From Seison nebaliae (taxonomy: Eukaryota), in contig JALJEE010000250.1 of NCBI GenBank assembly GCA_023231475.1, positions 1-64,000 on the forward strand: 64,000 nt of DNA, in the 5' to 3' direction. Positions 26,501 through 37,979 of the stretch are shown here, one piece after another (position 1 is the first letter of the stretch; every line of letters begins with the position of its first letter). A model generated the notes under the pieces. The model did not search any database. It saw nothing but the letters and a program-made list of their open reading frames with translations, and was not told the origin of the DNA. Made by a program: the position numbers and the translations under genes.

Positions 26501-29500
26501 CAGAATTTGATGCTTTCGCCCAATAAATTCCATTATCTTCAATATCTACTGAAGGTATTCGTAGACGATGAGTCATCGTGTCATTTTCATCAACGGAAAT
26601 TTCATGATGTAAATTAGCTGGAACGATTAACGTGTTTTCATGGTACCAAGAAACGGTGGCTGGTGGATTTCCATCCACTTGAACTTTGAACAAGACCTCT
26701 TCGCCTTCACGTGCTCTAACAGATTTCGGGTTTTGTATAATGATTGGCGAATATTTTTTTGATGATAATTCTCTTTGTTCATTCGTCTGATTTTGACGTA
26801 CTGCCTGTTCTAGTACGTACATCCAAGCGGATTTAATTCCATCTTGTTTCAAATGAAAAGTCGCAGTTACTGGTGATGTTTGAGTTGAATTAGATGAGAA
26901 TTTTATTCCACGTAATGCTAACATAGATGGCGTTTGTGATTGAATTCGATGGTTAATCATATGCTCTCTCACATTCTTTATAGGAATGACAATGGAACAT
27001 GAATATGACAACGAATATCGATTTAATGTGTCAAGTGCATTATTTTGGAGAGATGTTGGAATTGCTTGAGGAATTCCCCCAGCAATCCGTTTACATACAA
27101 CGATACAATTTTCAAAAGTGAAAACATCATGAATCGTCATTGATTGACTGGAAATCCGTCTTCCAGATATCGGTGTTGATCTCGATGTTGACGAATCGGA
27201 AACATTCATTTCATCATGACGTAACAATCGTCCAGACTTCTTCAATAATCCATCGATTTCATCATTCCGGTGTGTTTGTGGAATGAGAATATTTCGTCTC
27301 ATAATTTCCGTGTCGGCCACTTTCATGATCTTTTCAAGTTGTTCATAAATATTTTGATATTGATTCATTTCATTCGATTTCAATAAATTATTTCCTTTAT
27401 TGTCATTGGTGGTCGTTCGTAATCCATATCGAATGATATCTTGAATAGCCAACTGATAACGTTGAAGGTTGGCAACGGGTAAATTTGTAAATTGTTCGAA
27501 CGACAATTTCAATTGATTATCCATTTGAATATCTCGAAAGAAGTTGGATAATCTCATATTATTATTCATTAGTTTCCGTACATCCACTTGACAAATGAGA
27601 TAATCAGAATAAACATTTAATTTCCTTATAAGTTTCTGCAATTTCACTGACAAATGTTCGGGATCTGTCATACATGATTTGAAAAGATAAATCAATTCAT
27701 TCTCATGTAAGAGAAGAATATTTTGCAATTTATTCAATAATTGGAGAACGGATGATGTTGATGAACTGCCGATTGTTCGCAATGCTGATGATGATCGTAA
27801 TGCATCGATATAATAAGTGAGAGATAATTTGATTTTTTCAATAAATTTCAATTCTTCATTATAAATCTCTTGAAAGATGAATTGAATTTTCTTCCATTCA
27901 TCTGTATTGAATTGATTTGATGATGATGATGATGATGATGTAGGCTCATCTAATTGGATTGGCAATAATCTCGTATCACGATCGATCACGTGTCCAAAAC
28001 TGATATTCTTTCGAAGATAACACGATTGAATCCATCCAACTTTAGGTGATTCATTCTTTCTTGGCCTCGTACGAATCAACCACCAATTATGTAATCGATC
28101 ATTATTCATCGATGACATGGAAGATGAAGATGAAACAAAAGATGTTTGTGGAGTGACTACCGTTCCTTGTTTATCCAACACTTCAACGAGCTGATTCTCC
28201 GCTAAATTCTCGATCAACGGATGTGGAGTTCTCTCATTCTGATTAACATGATTTGAATTGTAATTACAGACAGATGCATAAATTTCATTCGAATGATTCA
28301 CATCAGACAAACTCGATGTTGATGTTAGAGATGTTGCAGATGAAGAATTTAATGAGACTAATGACGTCGATTGGATTTGTTGACGTGGATCTTTGAATGA
28401 TCGTTGGAAATATTCACTTTTATTAATTACGTCTCGTTCAGATGGATTTGGCGAGAACGACATATCAACTGAAGAAGATGAAGGAGATAAATATGATTCG
28501 CCTGTATTCGGATTAATAATCATCTCAACTGATCGACCAGTTTGTGCACTATGTAATCGAGGACTATTAGTGGACGATTGGTAAATATTGGAAGTGGAAA
28601 CTCGAAGTCTTTCTGATGAATTATTATCGATAAATTTTGAAATGGGATTCATTTGTTTTCCCACACTCGAACTTCTCAACGACTTTAACATGTTCGGTCG
28701 AATATAGAACACTTTCGCCGTATCATCTCTCAATCGAACTAACCATTTCTCCGGTCGATGATTATCTAACAATTCGACAACATTATTTTTTTTCACAACT
28801 TCCGTTTGATTAGAACCGTTTAAGAAGAAGGATGATGGAATATGATAATCACTCCTCAATAAAAACGATTGAAATAATAAATCATTGTGCTCATGTTCTA
28901 ATTGATCGGTACTTCTTGAAATGGATTGAGGTGATCGACCGATCGTTCCCATCGTCTCACGTTGTTTCTTCACCATCTCTTCACCATGTTCTGCGATTTG
29001 CTGTTTGAGAGTATCAGAAATGAAATCGATTTTTGTCGGTTTTTCTAAAACCACTTTTCCATCAAACTTCTTTGATTGAGAACGTTGACTTACATCTGAT
29101 TCATTCATTTCCACAATTCTTACTGTCGATGTTGAATAAGCAGCGCCCATCAAATTAGTGGCAGCACATGTATATTCTCCTGCGTCTAACAAATTGGAAG
29201 AAGTACAAGTCAATCGATATAATTCATTCACTTCTTCAAACTTCATAAATTGATATCGTCCATCCAATTTTTTACCATTCCGATACCATTCCACTGATGG
29301 TTTCGGTTCGCCATGTATTTGACATTCTAACAAGAATTGCTCACTCTCATTGACGAGATAGAAGTCTCGTAACTTGATTAAGAATTCGGGTGGACGATAT
29401 GTTTGTTGACGATCATTTGATGTGATTTTATAATTTCTTTTTCTTGTTTTATTAGATGATGATGATGGAAATGAATTGACTGTAGTGCTACTCGTGGTAG

Positions 29501-30561
29501 TAGTAAGAGTATGAGAATCATCTTTTTCATTCTCATCATTCAAATTTTTCATAATAGTAACGGTAACGGTTTTCTTATCGAAACCATCCGGATTTTCTGC
29601 TATTACCATATAATCGCCGCTATCATGTCGACAATCGATATTATTGATTTGTAACATACATCGTCTCTGATCAATTTCATAAGAGATATCACTCTTTAAA
29701 TTATCCGTCAATAATTCACCGTTACGATGCCATGATATACGTGGTGGTGGTGATATTCCGTGAAAGGAATATTGTAATTTCAAAGTATCACCTTCTTTCA
29801 AATTTAATGGTGTTGTCGAACCGAAGAGCATCGGTTTCATTTTCTTCTTATTAGAGATTTTCGTCTTATGAGAAATATGATTATTCTCATCATCGTCATT
29901 ACCCGAAGATGTCATGTCTGAATATTCGGTAACTTCGGGAACAGTCTCCAAATCAGGACGAATACTAATTGTAGATGGGGAATGTGGAATATCTGTCGAA
30001 TCTTTACTATCTTTTCCATCATTTTTTCCTGATGATGATGATGTTGCTGTCATTGGAGAACGACTTCTTGATCGAGAAGATCGATCAACTTTTATAAATA
30101 AATGAAATAAATTATGAAAATAAATTAATTGAATAAATAGAAATGAAAGATGAACGTTTCACTACCAAATAGCCAGTACTACTCGTCGATCCTTCACTAT
30201 TCTTCGCAACACATTTGTACGTACCTTCATCACTTCTCGTCACATTGAGAACTTGCAACGCACAAATCCCACTCATCTTTTCATAATACGGTCGATATCT
30301 AAAGAAGGAAATGACACGTACCATATTAAACGGATGTAACTTATCTTTAAAATCATCGACGCATACACCATCTTTGAACCAAGAAACATCTTTTGCTTGG
30401 CCAGCTGATGAATTCAAATGTAATTCCAGTGTGACATTCTCCCCTTCCTTCTTTTCAACGGTCGTCAAACGATGAACAAATTCCGGTGCTTCTCAGAAAT
30501 AATAGAAATTTTCATTTGTCAATCAACAAAACTAACCCAAATTGAAAAGATATCGCGCCAT
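2558..30561 (-). CDS. unc-89: Giant obscurin/UNC-89-family sarcomeric protein (~9,000 aa; Ig, SH3 x2, RhoGEF/DH, PH, many Ig, Glu-rich segments, Fn3, two kinase-like domains), multi-exon
   Basis: Inferred exons: 30561-30537 (MARYLFNL), 30491-30341, 30298-30156, 30088-26313, 26267-26084, 25980-25954, 25757-3024, 2963-~2864, then further small exons to a likely TAA at 2560-2558. All joins up to 2963 keep frame with GT..AG introns. SH3-DH-PH-Ig(n)-kinase-Ig-Fn3-kinase is the obscurin/UNC-89 domain order. The 3' terminal exons are less certain. Confidence 0.9.
3024..25757 (-). CDS. unc-89: ~22.7-kb uninterrupted coding exon of the obscurin gene (Ig array, Glu-rich springs, kinase 1, most of kinase 2)
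   Basis: ORF 2965..25677 has no stop. Acceptor TTTCCAG at 25758 and donor GTTTCA at 3023. Repeated I-set Ig motifs (W.K.G, D.G.Y.C). Confidence 0.85.
16210..16690 (-). repeat. Coding low-complexity Glu/Lys repeat, (EEKE)n, in obscurin
   Basis: TTC/TTT-rich 12-nt periodicity on the + strand, translating on the minus strand as EKEEEKEEEKEEE... Confidence 0.9.
19350..21400 (-). repeat. Coding PEVK-like Glu-rich tandem repeat (EEQPEEI units), including a near-identical ~170-nt duplication
   Basis: 7-10 aa units EEQPEEI / EEKPEEI. Blocks ~19498-19670 and ~19846-20018 are near-identical, with an offset of 348 nt. Confidence 0.9.
25954..25980 (-). CDS. unc-89: 27-nt frame-preserving microexon of obscurin (IVTTYIEEE)
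   Basis: Flanked by acceptor TTTTCCCTCCAG and donor GTACGT. It is phase 1-1 and joins ..ERK to DLHIER.. in frame. Confidence 0.65.
26313..30088 (-). CDS. unc-89: Obscurin exon encoding Ig-Ig-SH3-SH3-RhoGEF(DH)-PH-Ig
   Basis: ORF 26283..30053. SH3 motifs VVELLDNHRPEKWLVR and LVEVLDK..WWLIR..GWIQSCYL. DH motifs EIYNEELKFIEKI and LPVANLQRYQLAI. PH motifs GRLLRHDEM, VFTFENCIVVCK and KSAWMYVL. Confidence 0.9.
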
Positions 30562-32819
30562 AATTTTTTGAGTTCTTATAATTTGCTAACTGTTGTCGAT
30601 TCGGCCGAAGAAGAAAGCTTTATGTTGAGAGAGGGCCGAAAGAAATGGTAAGGAAATAGTTTCGTTTCCTTCGTTAAGTTGATTTACGACTCATTCGTCG
30701 AAAGTTAGAAAATGTTGAAAAGTAAGGATAATAATGGTAATTGTAATGGTTATAAAAGTTGATGAAAGTTGCAAAAGTAGAAAGTGGTAGAAAGGAGGTA
30801 ACTGAGAAAGGAAACAAATGAAGAGAGTTGAAAGAGCGATAGAAATCTCGTCTTTCTCTTTAGGGATCTGTTAAATCGATGAAAGGAAAGAAAGAAAATT
30901 TTAAATTGGAAAAAGAATAATTCTGATCTTTGTCGATTTAGTTTGTTGAGATTTTATTTTTATTCCAACACTAACGGAATTTAAGGTGATAGATGGAATT
31001 TGAAAAGATTCTTTTCCTGACGAGATTAGTGGAATTTATGATTATTTAAATGGAATTCCAATATTCTTATTCATGTACGTGAGGAAAAGAAACCAAGTAT
31101 GTTATGCACATCGTTATAACGGTTATTCCTCAATCTTAACATTTATGCGAAAACTTTGAAATGGATATCAATTTATCTCCTCTTTCCTTGTCCATATCAA
31201 AATGACTTAGACAACTATTCATTATTTTTCTTTTTATTTTGCACTTCATTAATTATTCTACCTATCCATTCCCATACATCCCATTCATGGAACGAACAGA
31301 AAATCAGGAGTATATGGAGAGATCTGGAAAAAATAATAATAAAGAAATGATAGAATCTTCCCCCAAAGTATTATGAGTTAACGATGAAGCAATGAATCAT
31401 CTTATTCCATTCATTTAAACCAGAAGAAATCCTCTCTACTCTCCTAACAATATCGCAGCACCATATGAACGAGAAGAAAAAAAAAGGGATTGGGAAGAAG
31501 ATAAGGGAGGAGAAAAGAGAATTAAACTCATCAAATTTCTCTGCGTTCTCTCTGTAAATATTCCATTAGCGAAAAGGAAGAAGCGTTGCACCCACTGGAA
31601 CTCTTTCCTCCACTTTCCATTGTAAATTTGACGAAACGTATCATATTTAATCAATTCTCTCCTGCCGCTAACCATCGCTCCAACAGAAAACATGTTCGTT
31701 GCGTAGGAAGTGGAGAATAATTCCTTCAAAAAGGTTTAGCACATGGAGACACGGATCACCTCATCACTGAAATTTAACGAATAATTTTAACGAATATTCA
31801 ACAACTAATACCCTTCCCCATTAACAACTTCACTAAAACCACAATATTCCAATCCCTCCCAATGAATCTCCATTCGATATGGAGCAGAAATATCAAAACT
31901 CTACAATGAAACTTCAATCACCATTCGAAATGAATCAAATCTTCTTTTTAGAATTATCGTCTTTCTCTTTTCGACTCTTAATTGTTTCGTTAGCCATTCT
32001 CCCCCTCAAAACTAACGCTCATAGCTCAACATTCTTCATGATTTTCTCCATTCCATCTATTATCTGGCTCATCTTCTACCTCACACCAATTCACACATTC
32101 GTTTTTGACAGTCTCTTGAATCATGTTATTCCATGGTCAGTCAAATACTCCCTGGGTCTATCCAGGGTAGAAATTAAATAATTAATTCAACCTTATCAAC
32201 AATGAATTGACTACAAAGAAAATCATATCGAATAATTAGCAGTTATGGAACAACTATCACCGATAGTCAAAGGATATCGATACAATAACATAATTAATAT
32301 TTCGTCGTACGTACAAAGTACAACTTTCGAAAATTATATAACAATCTTTTCAATCAATTAATGTGTCTGTATGTTGTATGTATATAATATTTGTTAATTT
32401 CTCCATCATAATCAGTTCGTATGATAAATAAAGATAGAAGATAGTGTAACAGAATCAATTGTTTTTTATTTTGAACAAATTGAGCATATTGAGGTAAAAT
32501 TATGGTTGTAAAAGAACGACGATAACCTTTCTCTACTTAATATGTTTGAGACACGACGTATATATGTATTTAGATAGTTCTATTCAAACTCTTTGGAATT
32601 CTACACCTTTTCCCCATCAATTTCTAATAATAAATTTAAATTATTCAGTTTTAGCAAAAAAGGATTTTTAAAATATTAAATTTAAATATTAGTTTGAATT
32701 ATTCGGAGCACTTGAATTAATAAAGGCCGAAAACCAAAATTTTCTATCATGTTCATGAACAATTAATTTGCCTGTTTATCTTATAAAATAATAAAACAAA
32801 TATATATATTTGTTGCAGG

Positions 32820-32984
32820 TATGCACATTTTATCAAGAACTGCACAGAGAAGAAGCAGAAGAAGACTACTTCTACTACACCTACAACAGAAAAAAAGCCT
32901 ATGAGGAAAAGAATAAAAAAAAAGACGAAAACAAACTTTACCGCTGCTAGATTCGGGAGAATAATTAAGGAACCAGTGAGATAG
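32820..32984 (+). mobile_element. Possible remnant of an LTR (gypsy-type) integrase C-terminal tail
   Basis: Frame ends ..TAARFGRIIKEPVR*, resembling the TRSGRxIKxPxR motif at the end of gypsy pol. No catalytic integrase core is visible. Confidence 0.3.
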
Positions 32985-33632
32985 AAGAATTGAAACGAAA
33001 ATAACAAAAATTAAAGCCAATCATGTTTCTTTGAGTTTTTCATTTAAATTCTTCCTAATCTCGTACTTTATTTTGTTCAGTGTTATTTTGCTGACAAGTG
33101 TTGATTGTTCTGGTTCTTTTGTTGAGTTGTACGATGTAAGCTTATTATACTTCGTAAAACAATGAGATTCTTTTATACGTTACGGTGTTTCGCATAATTT
33201 TTCAATCGTTTTACAAATGATCATCGTTATACTCTACATTTTAAGAAGTTTCACATAAATGGTTCAAACTTTGTTCTATTAATGTAATTGATATTTTTGA
33301 TAAAATTGTTGTTTGAAATCCGTGAAATATTGCTAAATCTCTCAAATCATCAAATCACTTAATCTCTCAAATGCCTCAATTCGGTAACTAGATGATGATT
33401 AAACTCTAAACTTGTTAGAAAACTCTAAAATGTGAAAATTCTAAACTAACAGGAACTTATTCTAGACTTGTAAGAAGATGTGACTACGGACTATAGATAA
33501 TGAAAATATTTCGACCACTGACAAGCTTCAATTCATTCCTGTAACAAAATTAAGTAGAAGAGATAAGAAGAGAAAGGTAAATAAAAGTTAAACAAAAAAA
33601 ATTGTTGGAAGATTAGAAATTGTCTCAAATAA

Positions 33633-34559
33633 ATGGTTAATAGACAAATTGAAGGATTTGATAAATAAAAGCAATTGATGAGAACTTTTTTAGAAATTCC
33701 GCTGTTTTAATCAAGAAGATTGTCCAGATTGGGTTCTTTATGGAATCAATATATTTTCAGAAATTGTTTACTATTTAAATATTTTAGATTAAATTGATTT
33801 TCTTTTAAGTCTGTCATGAAATTACGGGCAATTTTGAATGAAATTATTCAAAATGAAATTATAAAATCGAATAAAGTTAAATTTGTAAAATTAATATTTA
33901 TAAAACGATCTTTCAAGAGCTCAATCGATATACGCAAATTGATAGATAATGAATTAAGTTCTTCAATTACCTTTTATAAATTCTCCAATGAAAATTTTTA
34001 ATAATTCAGATCCTAAAGATTTTTTGTCGGCTGTAACAAGCATTGAATTTCTTTGGAAATCTACAAGAAAATATGTAGACGATAGTGAAATTCTTGTTGA
34101 CGAATTCCTCCAATTGGGAATACCGAAAGGTTTAATTCTTTTTCAATGTTTCCTCGCACAAATCATTTAGAACATGTCAACATATTCCGATGGGCTTATG
34201 AGAAATATAAAAATGAAAAAACATTAATAGATCCACCACAACAACACCAATTAAGTTAATTTATTGTCGACCATCAATGTGGGATAAAAGCAATTTAATT
34301 CAGTTTCCCAAATCGATTCAATAGATATTATGCAATATGTTCATCCTGATGAACGTCGAACCGTCTCAATGGCATTCACTCATTTAAACGGTCAAGAAGA
34401 AATGGAGTTTACAGAAGATGCTTTCTTAGTCTTATACAATAGTTGGAAAATTATACCATTAATTTTCTTATTAACTATTTTTAAGAGATACGAGGAATTT
34501 GCGAGGAAATGTTCGGGGAAAATAATTCGGAAACAAAAGGAGAAGATAACCAAAATTGA
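33633..34559 (+). CDS. COMMD4: COMM domain-containing protein 4, 8 coding exons
   Basis: M|KFRCFNQEDCPDWVL and EFLQLGIPK|EH match COMMD4 (MRFRFCGDLDCPDWVL; ELQQLGLPKEH). Introns at 33636-33693, 33766-33809, 33876-33917, 33958-34009, 34130-34170, 34255-34303 and 34442-34485. TGA at 34557-34559. Confidence 0.88.
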
Positions 34560-35344
34560 AATACTATTTGTTTCCTATTAATTTCACATTTATTTCTTTC
34601 AACATGAAACTAAAAAAGTTATGGCGATTATCTTCCTAACCTTTCTCCAAATTATTATTCAAATTGAATATTTTAATTCTTGATCGGAGTATGAATGAAT
34701 TATTTGAATATTTTAATTTTAGTTACCCAAAATTGCGAATTTTAATTTTTTTTCATCAATTTTCGAATCATCGAAAACTGAGTCAGATCAACTGACTGGT
34801 CAGAGTTATTTATCTGTCACATGACATTAGTAAAAAGATGTTGATTATACTCCCTAACATTTACAATGTTGACATAAAGTTTTTGAATTAAAGCAAATAT
34901 TTATTTCATTTAGATGAAGTTTAATTTATGATAATTTGTACAAGTTTTAACGATGATTTTAAGTGTCCGAACTCACTAAATGAATGGTCCGTTGTAAGAC
35001 GGTAGAAGACGTGATCTTCTTAAACTTCTTAAGCTTACAAAATATTTAACGTTAACTATTAGCAGTTAATATTCCAAAATTAATTTAAAATTAAGCTCTG
35101 TAATTAATTAAGTTGAAAAGTATTATAATATCCATTGAATTGTATTCAATCATAATTCCATTATACATCATCTGAACTTCGATTTCATATAGAAGAGTCG
35201 AATTATGTAACTGTTTGTCGTCGATCTTGATTGATTAGTTTGAGACGATTTCTCTCATTTCTTTATTGAAAATATTATTATCTTATTTTTTGTCATTATT
35301 CCAATAATTTATTTTCTTTCTCCCTACTCATCATGTGATATTAT

Positions 35345-35810
35345 TATTCTTATTTATTGATTAAAATTCTCGTCGGGATAAAGTAGAAAAAAATGTAAAA
35401 AAAATTCGATCCTCGCCAGTGTTGATCAATCGGTGTAAGTTTGCGAGTGATTCTCGGACGATTGGCATAGAATTTGTGGGATCGTAGGAAAAAATGAAAT
35501 CTCTAAAATCCTGAAGTCCAATGTTATTAGATAACTCGTAGTATCGACAGATATATGAAAATACTGATCGATTATGTAAGAAGTTTGTGTTTGAAGTTTG
35601 GAAGTTCGATTCGGTAATTTTGTCGATAAAAGTAAAGATTCAACGAGAAAATAGAATGGATAGGAGAAGAAGACCGGTCGATCTCCTTATAAGTCGATTG
35701 TATGCACGGTCGATGGACAGGAATGAACGTTATGTAATAGAGAAGATCATTTCCAGAGAGTATAAAGATATGAGACAAATATTATTTCTTTCTCTACACT
35801 GGAAAATTTG
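35345..35810 (-). mobile_element. Second degenerate 5'-truncated LINE 3' end, same family as 303-778
   Basis: Minus frame LYSLEMIFSIT*RSFLSIDRAYNRLIRR...SVFSYICRYY...LSRREF*, followed by TCAATAAATAAGAATAATAAAT. Colinear with the 303-778 copy; contains in-frame stops. Confidence 0.7.
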
Positions 35811-35879
35811 TTGAGAAATTTGTTTGAATGAAATGATAAAAGATTTTTCTCTTAATTTCTATTGTTAGAGAGAATTGAA

Positions 35880-37573
35880 ATGATTAATTCAGAAAGTTCG
35901 TTAGATGAAAAATTGGCAGATTGTCGACGATTATTTGAGAGTAATCAAACAATCGAATATGAAGAGAGACGGAAGGAATTAATTCGATTGGGAAAAATGA
36001 TTGAATCGAATCATGATCTCTTCATTTCAGCATTGGAAAAGGATTTACATAAAGTTAAAATTAAAAATTGAAATTTAAAATAAATTCTAAATTTATTATT
36101 TCAGTCAAAACATGAATCGATCATAACGGAAATTCAACCGTTAACTAACGAAATTAATCATGCGTTGACACATTTGAAGGAATGGATGTCAAAAAAAGAA
36201 TTGTCAACTGATCTCCTCACTCTGTTGGATGAGCGATATCTCCTACCTCAACCATATGGTGTGGTGTTAGTTATTGGTGCATGGAATTATCCATTGGCAT
36301 TGACATTAATTCCAGTAGTTGGAGCAATTGCTAGTGGAAATGTCATAATGATCAAACCATCCGAATTGTCGACTAATATGGAGAGTTTGTTGAGAGAACT
36401 CATTCCCAAATATCTTAAATTAACAACAATTCATTGTTGTGATGGTGAGGGAACGAGGAGATTATTAGAGAATCGTTTCGATTATATTTTCTTCACTGGC
36501 AGTTCAGTCACTGGTCGAAAAGTGATGGAAAGTGCTTCGAAATTTATGACACCTATCACTTTGGAGTGTGGTGGCAAATCGCCAGTTGTCGTCACTCGAC
36601 AATGTAATATTGATATAGCCGTATCGAGAATATGTTGGGGAAAATTGATGAATTGTGGTCAGACATGTATCGCTCCAGATTACGTTTTAATTGAAGAGGA
36701 AATATTCGATGAATTTCTCGATAAATTCAAAAGAAAAATTATTGAATATTATGGAAATGATATAAAGAATAATAAGGATTATGGACGAATTATCAACAAC
36801 AATCATTTCAATCGATTGAAAACCGTTCTGAAACCATATATCGATGAGGAAGAGATGGATGAGAAAGATTTATTTATTCCTCCTATCATCGTTCCTTTTG
36901 ACAATTTAACAATGGCTAAAGAAAGTAGTGTAATGGAAAGTGAATTATTCGGTCCAATTCTCCCAATTATCAAAATTAGTCAATTATCTGAAGCTAAACA
37001 ATTTATTCGGTCGAAGTTAGAGAGATATATTATAAAATTGATTTTCATCCATTAAATCCCATCTATATTCGACAGAGAGAAACCGTTGGCATTCTATATG
37101 TTCTGTACGGATGAGAAGATCGTAGAAGATTTCCGCAATCATTCATTTAGTGGAGCGTTCGTTGTAAATGATGTCATTCTACAATGTGCATCAGAAACCA
37201 TGCCATTTGGTGGTGTAGGTAATGCAGGAATTGGTCATTATCATGGCAAATATACTTTCGAACAATTCTCTCATATGAAGCCCGTTCTCATTCGAAAAGA
37301 GTTCGGAGAAACTTTATTTAAGTTCAACTCAATTTTTAATATGAATTTAATTATACATTAAATTTATTCCAGAGATCGATATCCACCATTCCAACCAAAG
37401 AAAACTAATGGTCTAAGGAAAATTGTAGCAGTGGGAGAACATTCTCAATTCGTAGCAAGACTAATTAATTTCTTCTGTTCAATTCTCTCCTTCATCATCG
37501 CTCCAGTTTTTCTTTCTTCATTTATCTTTTAATTTTCAAATATTTATTCTAGATCTTATCTTGTGTGAAATAA
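35880..37573 (+). CDS. ALDH3: Aldehyde dehydrogenase family 3 (fatty aldehyde dehydrogenase-like)
   Basis: Motifs AWNYP, IKPSE, FFTGS, TLECGGKSP (catalytic Glu), NCGQTCIAPDY (catalytic Cys), ELFGPILP, EKPLAFY, PFGGVGNAGIGHYHG and RYPP, plus a hydrophobic C-tail. Introns at 36054-36104, 37016-37075, 37322-37372 and 37506-37552. Confidence 0.93.
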
Positions 37574-37979
37574 TGATCCGTTCATTTCTCTCACTTCTAT
37601 TCAATCTGAATTGTTCAACTAATTTATTTTATCTTAATGAAATAAATCAAATCAAATAAAAGTTTTCTTTCAATTAATCTCATTCTAATTGGGAATAAAA
37701 GTATGTGGAATATTCATAGAATTATTTCAAAAATTTTTTCTTTTATTTTATTTTTGATAGAGAAATCTAATCGAATTGAATAATAAATTTTTTTTCCATA
37801 AATATTTTTCAAAAGACGTTTTTAAAAAAAAATTAATTTTTCAATTTTAATTTTATCGACTCATCTTTATCGGAATTATGCTTGATATTTACGATATATA
37901 ATTGAATATGATAAGAAATAAAAATTTTATTAAAAAGAGAAAATAAAGAATTTTAGATGGTCAATTAGTGATCTTGATC

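Noticed and set aside
31050..32180. GC-richer patch with short ORFs, possibly a decayed retroelement or an upstream obscurin exon
   Set aside because: Only vague resemblance to endonuclease or RT motifs, not enough to call.
33120..33546. TGT...ACA-bounded stretch after the integrase-like tail, as a possible LTR
   Set aside because: No second copy, polypurine tract or target-site duplication is visible.
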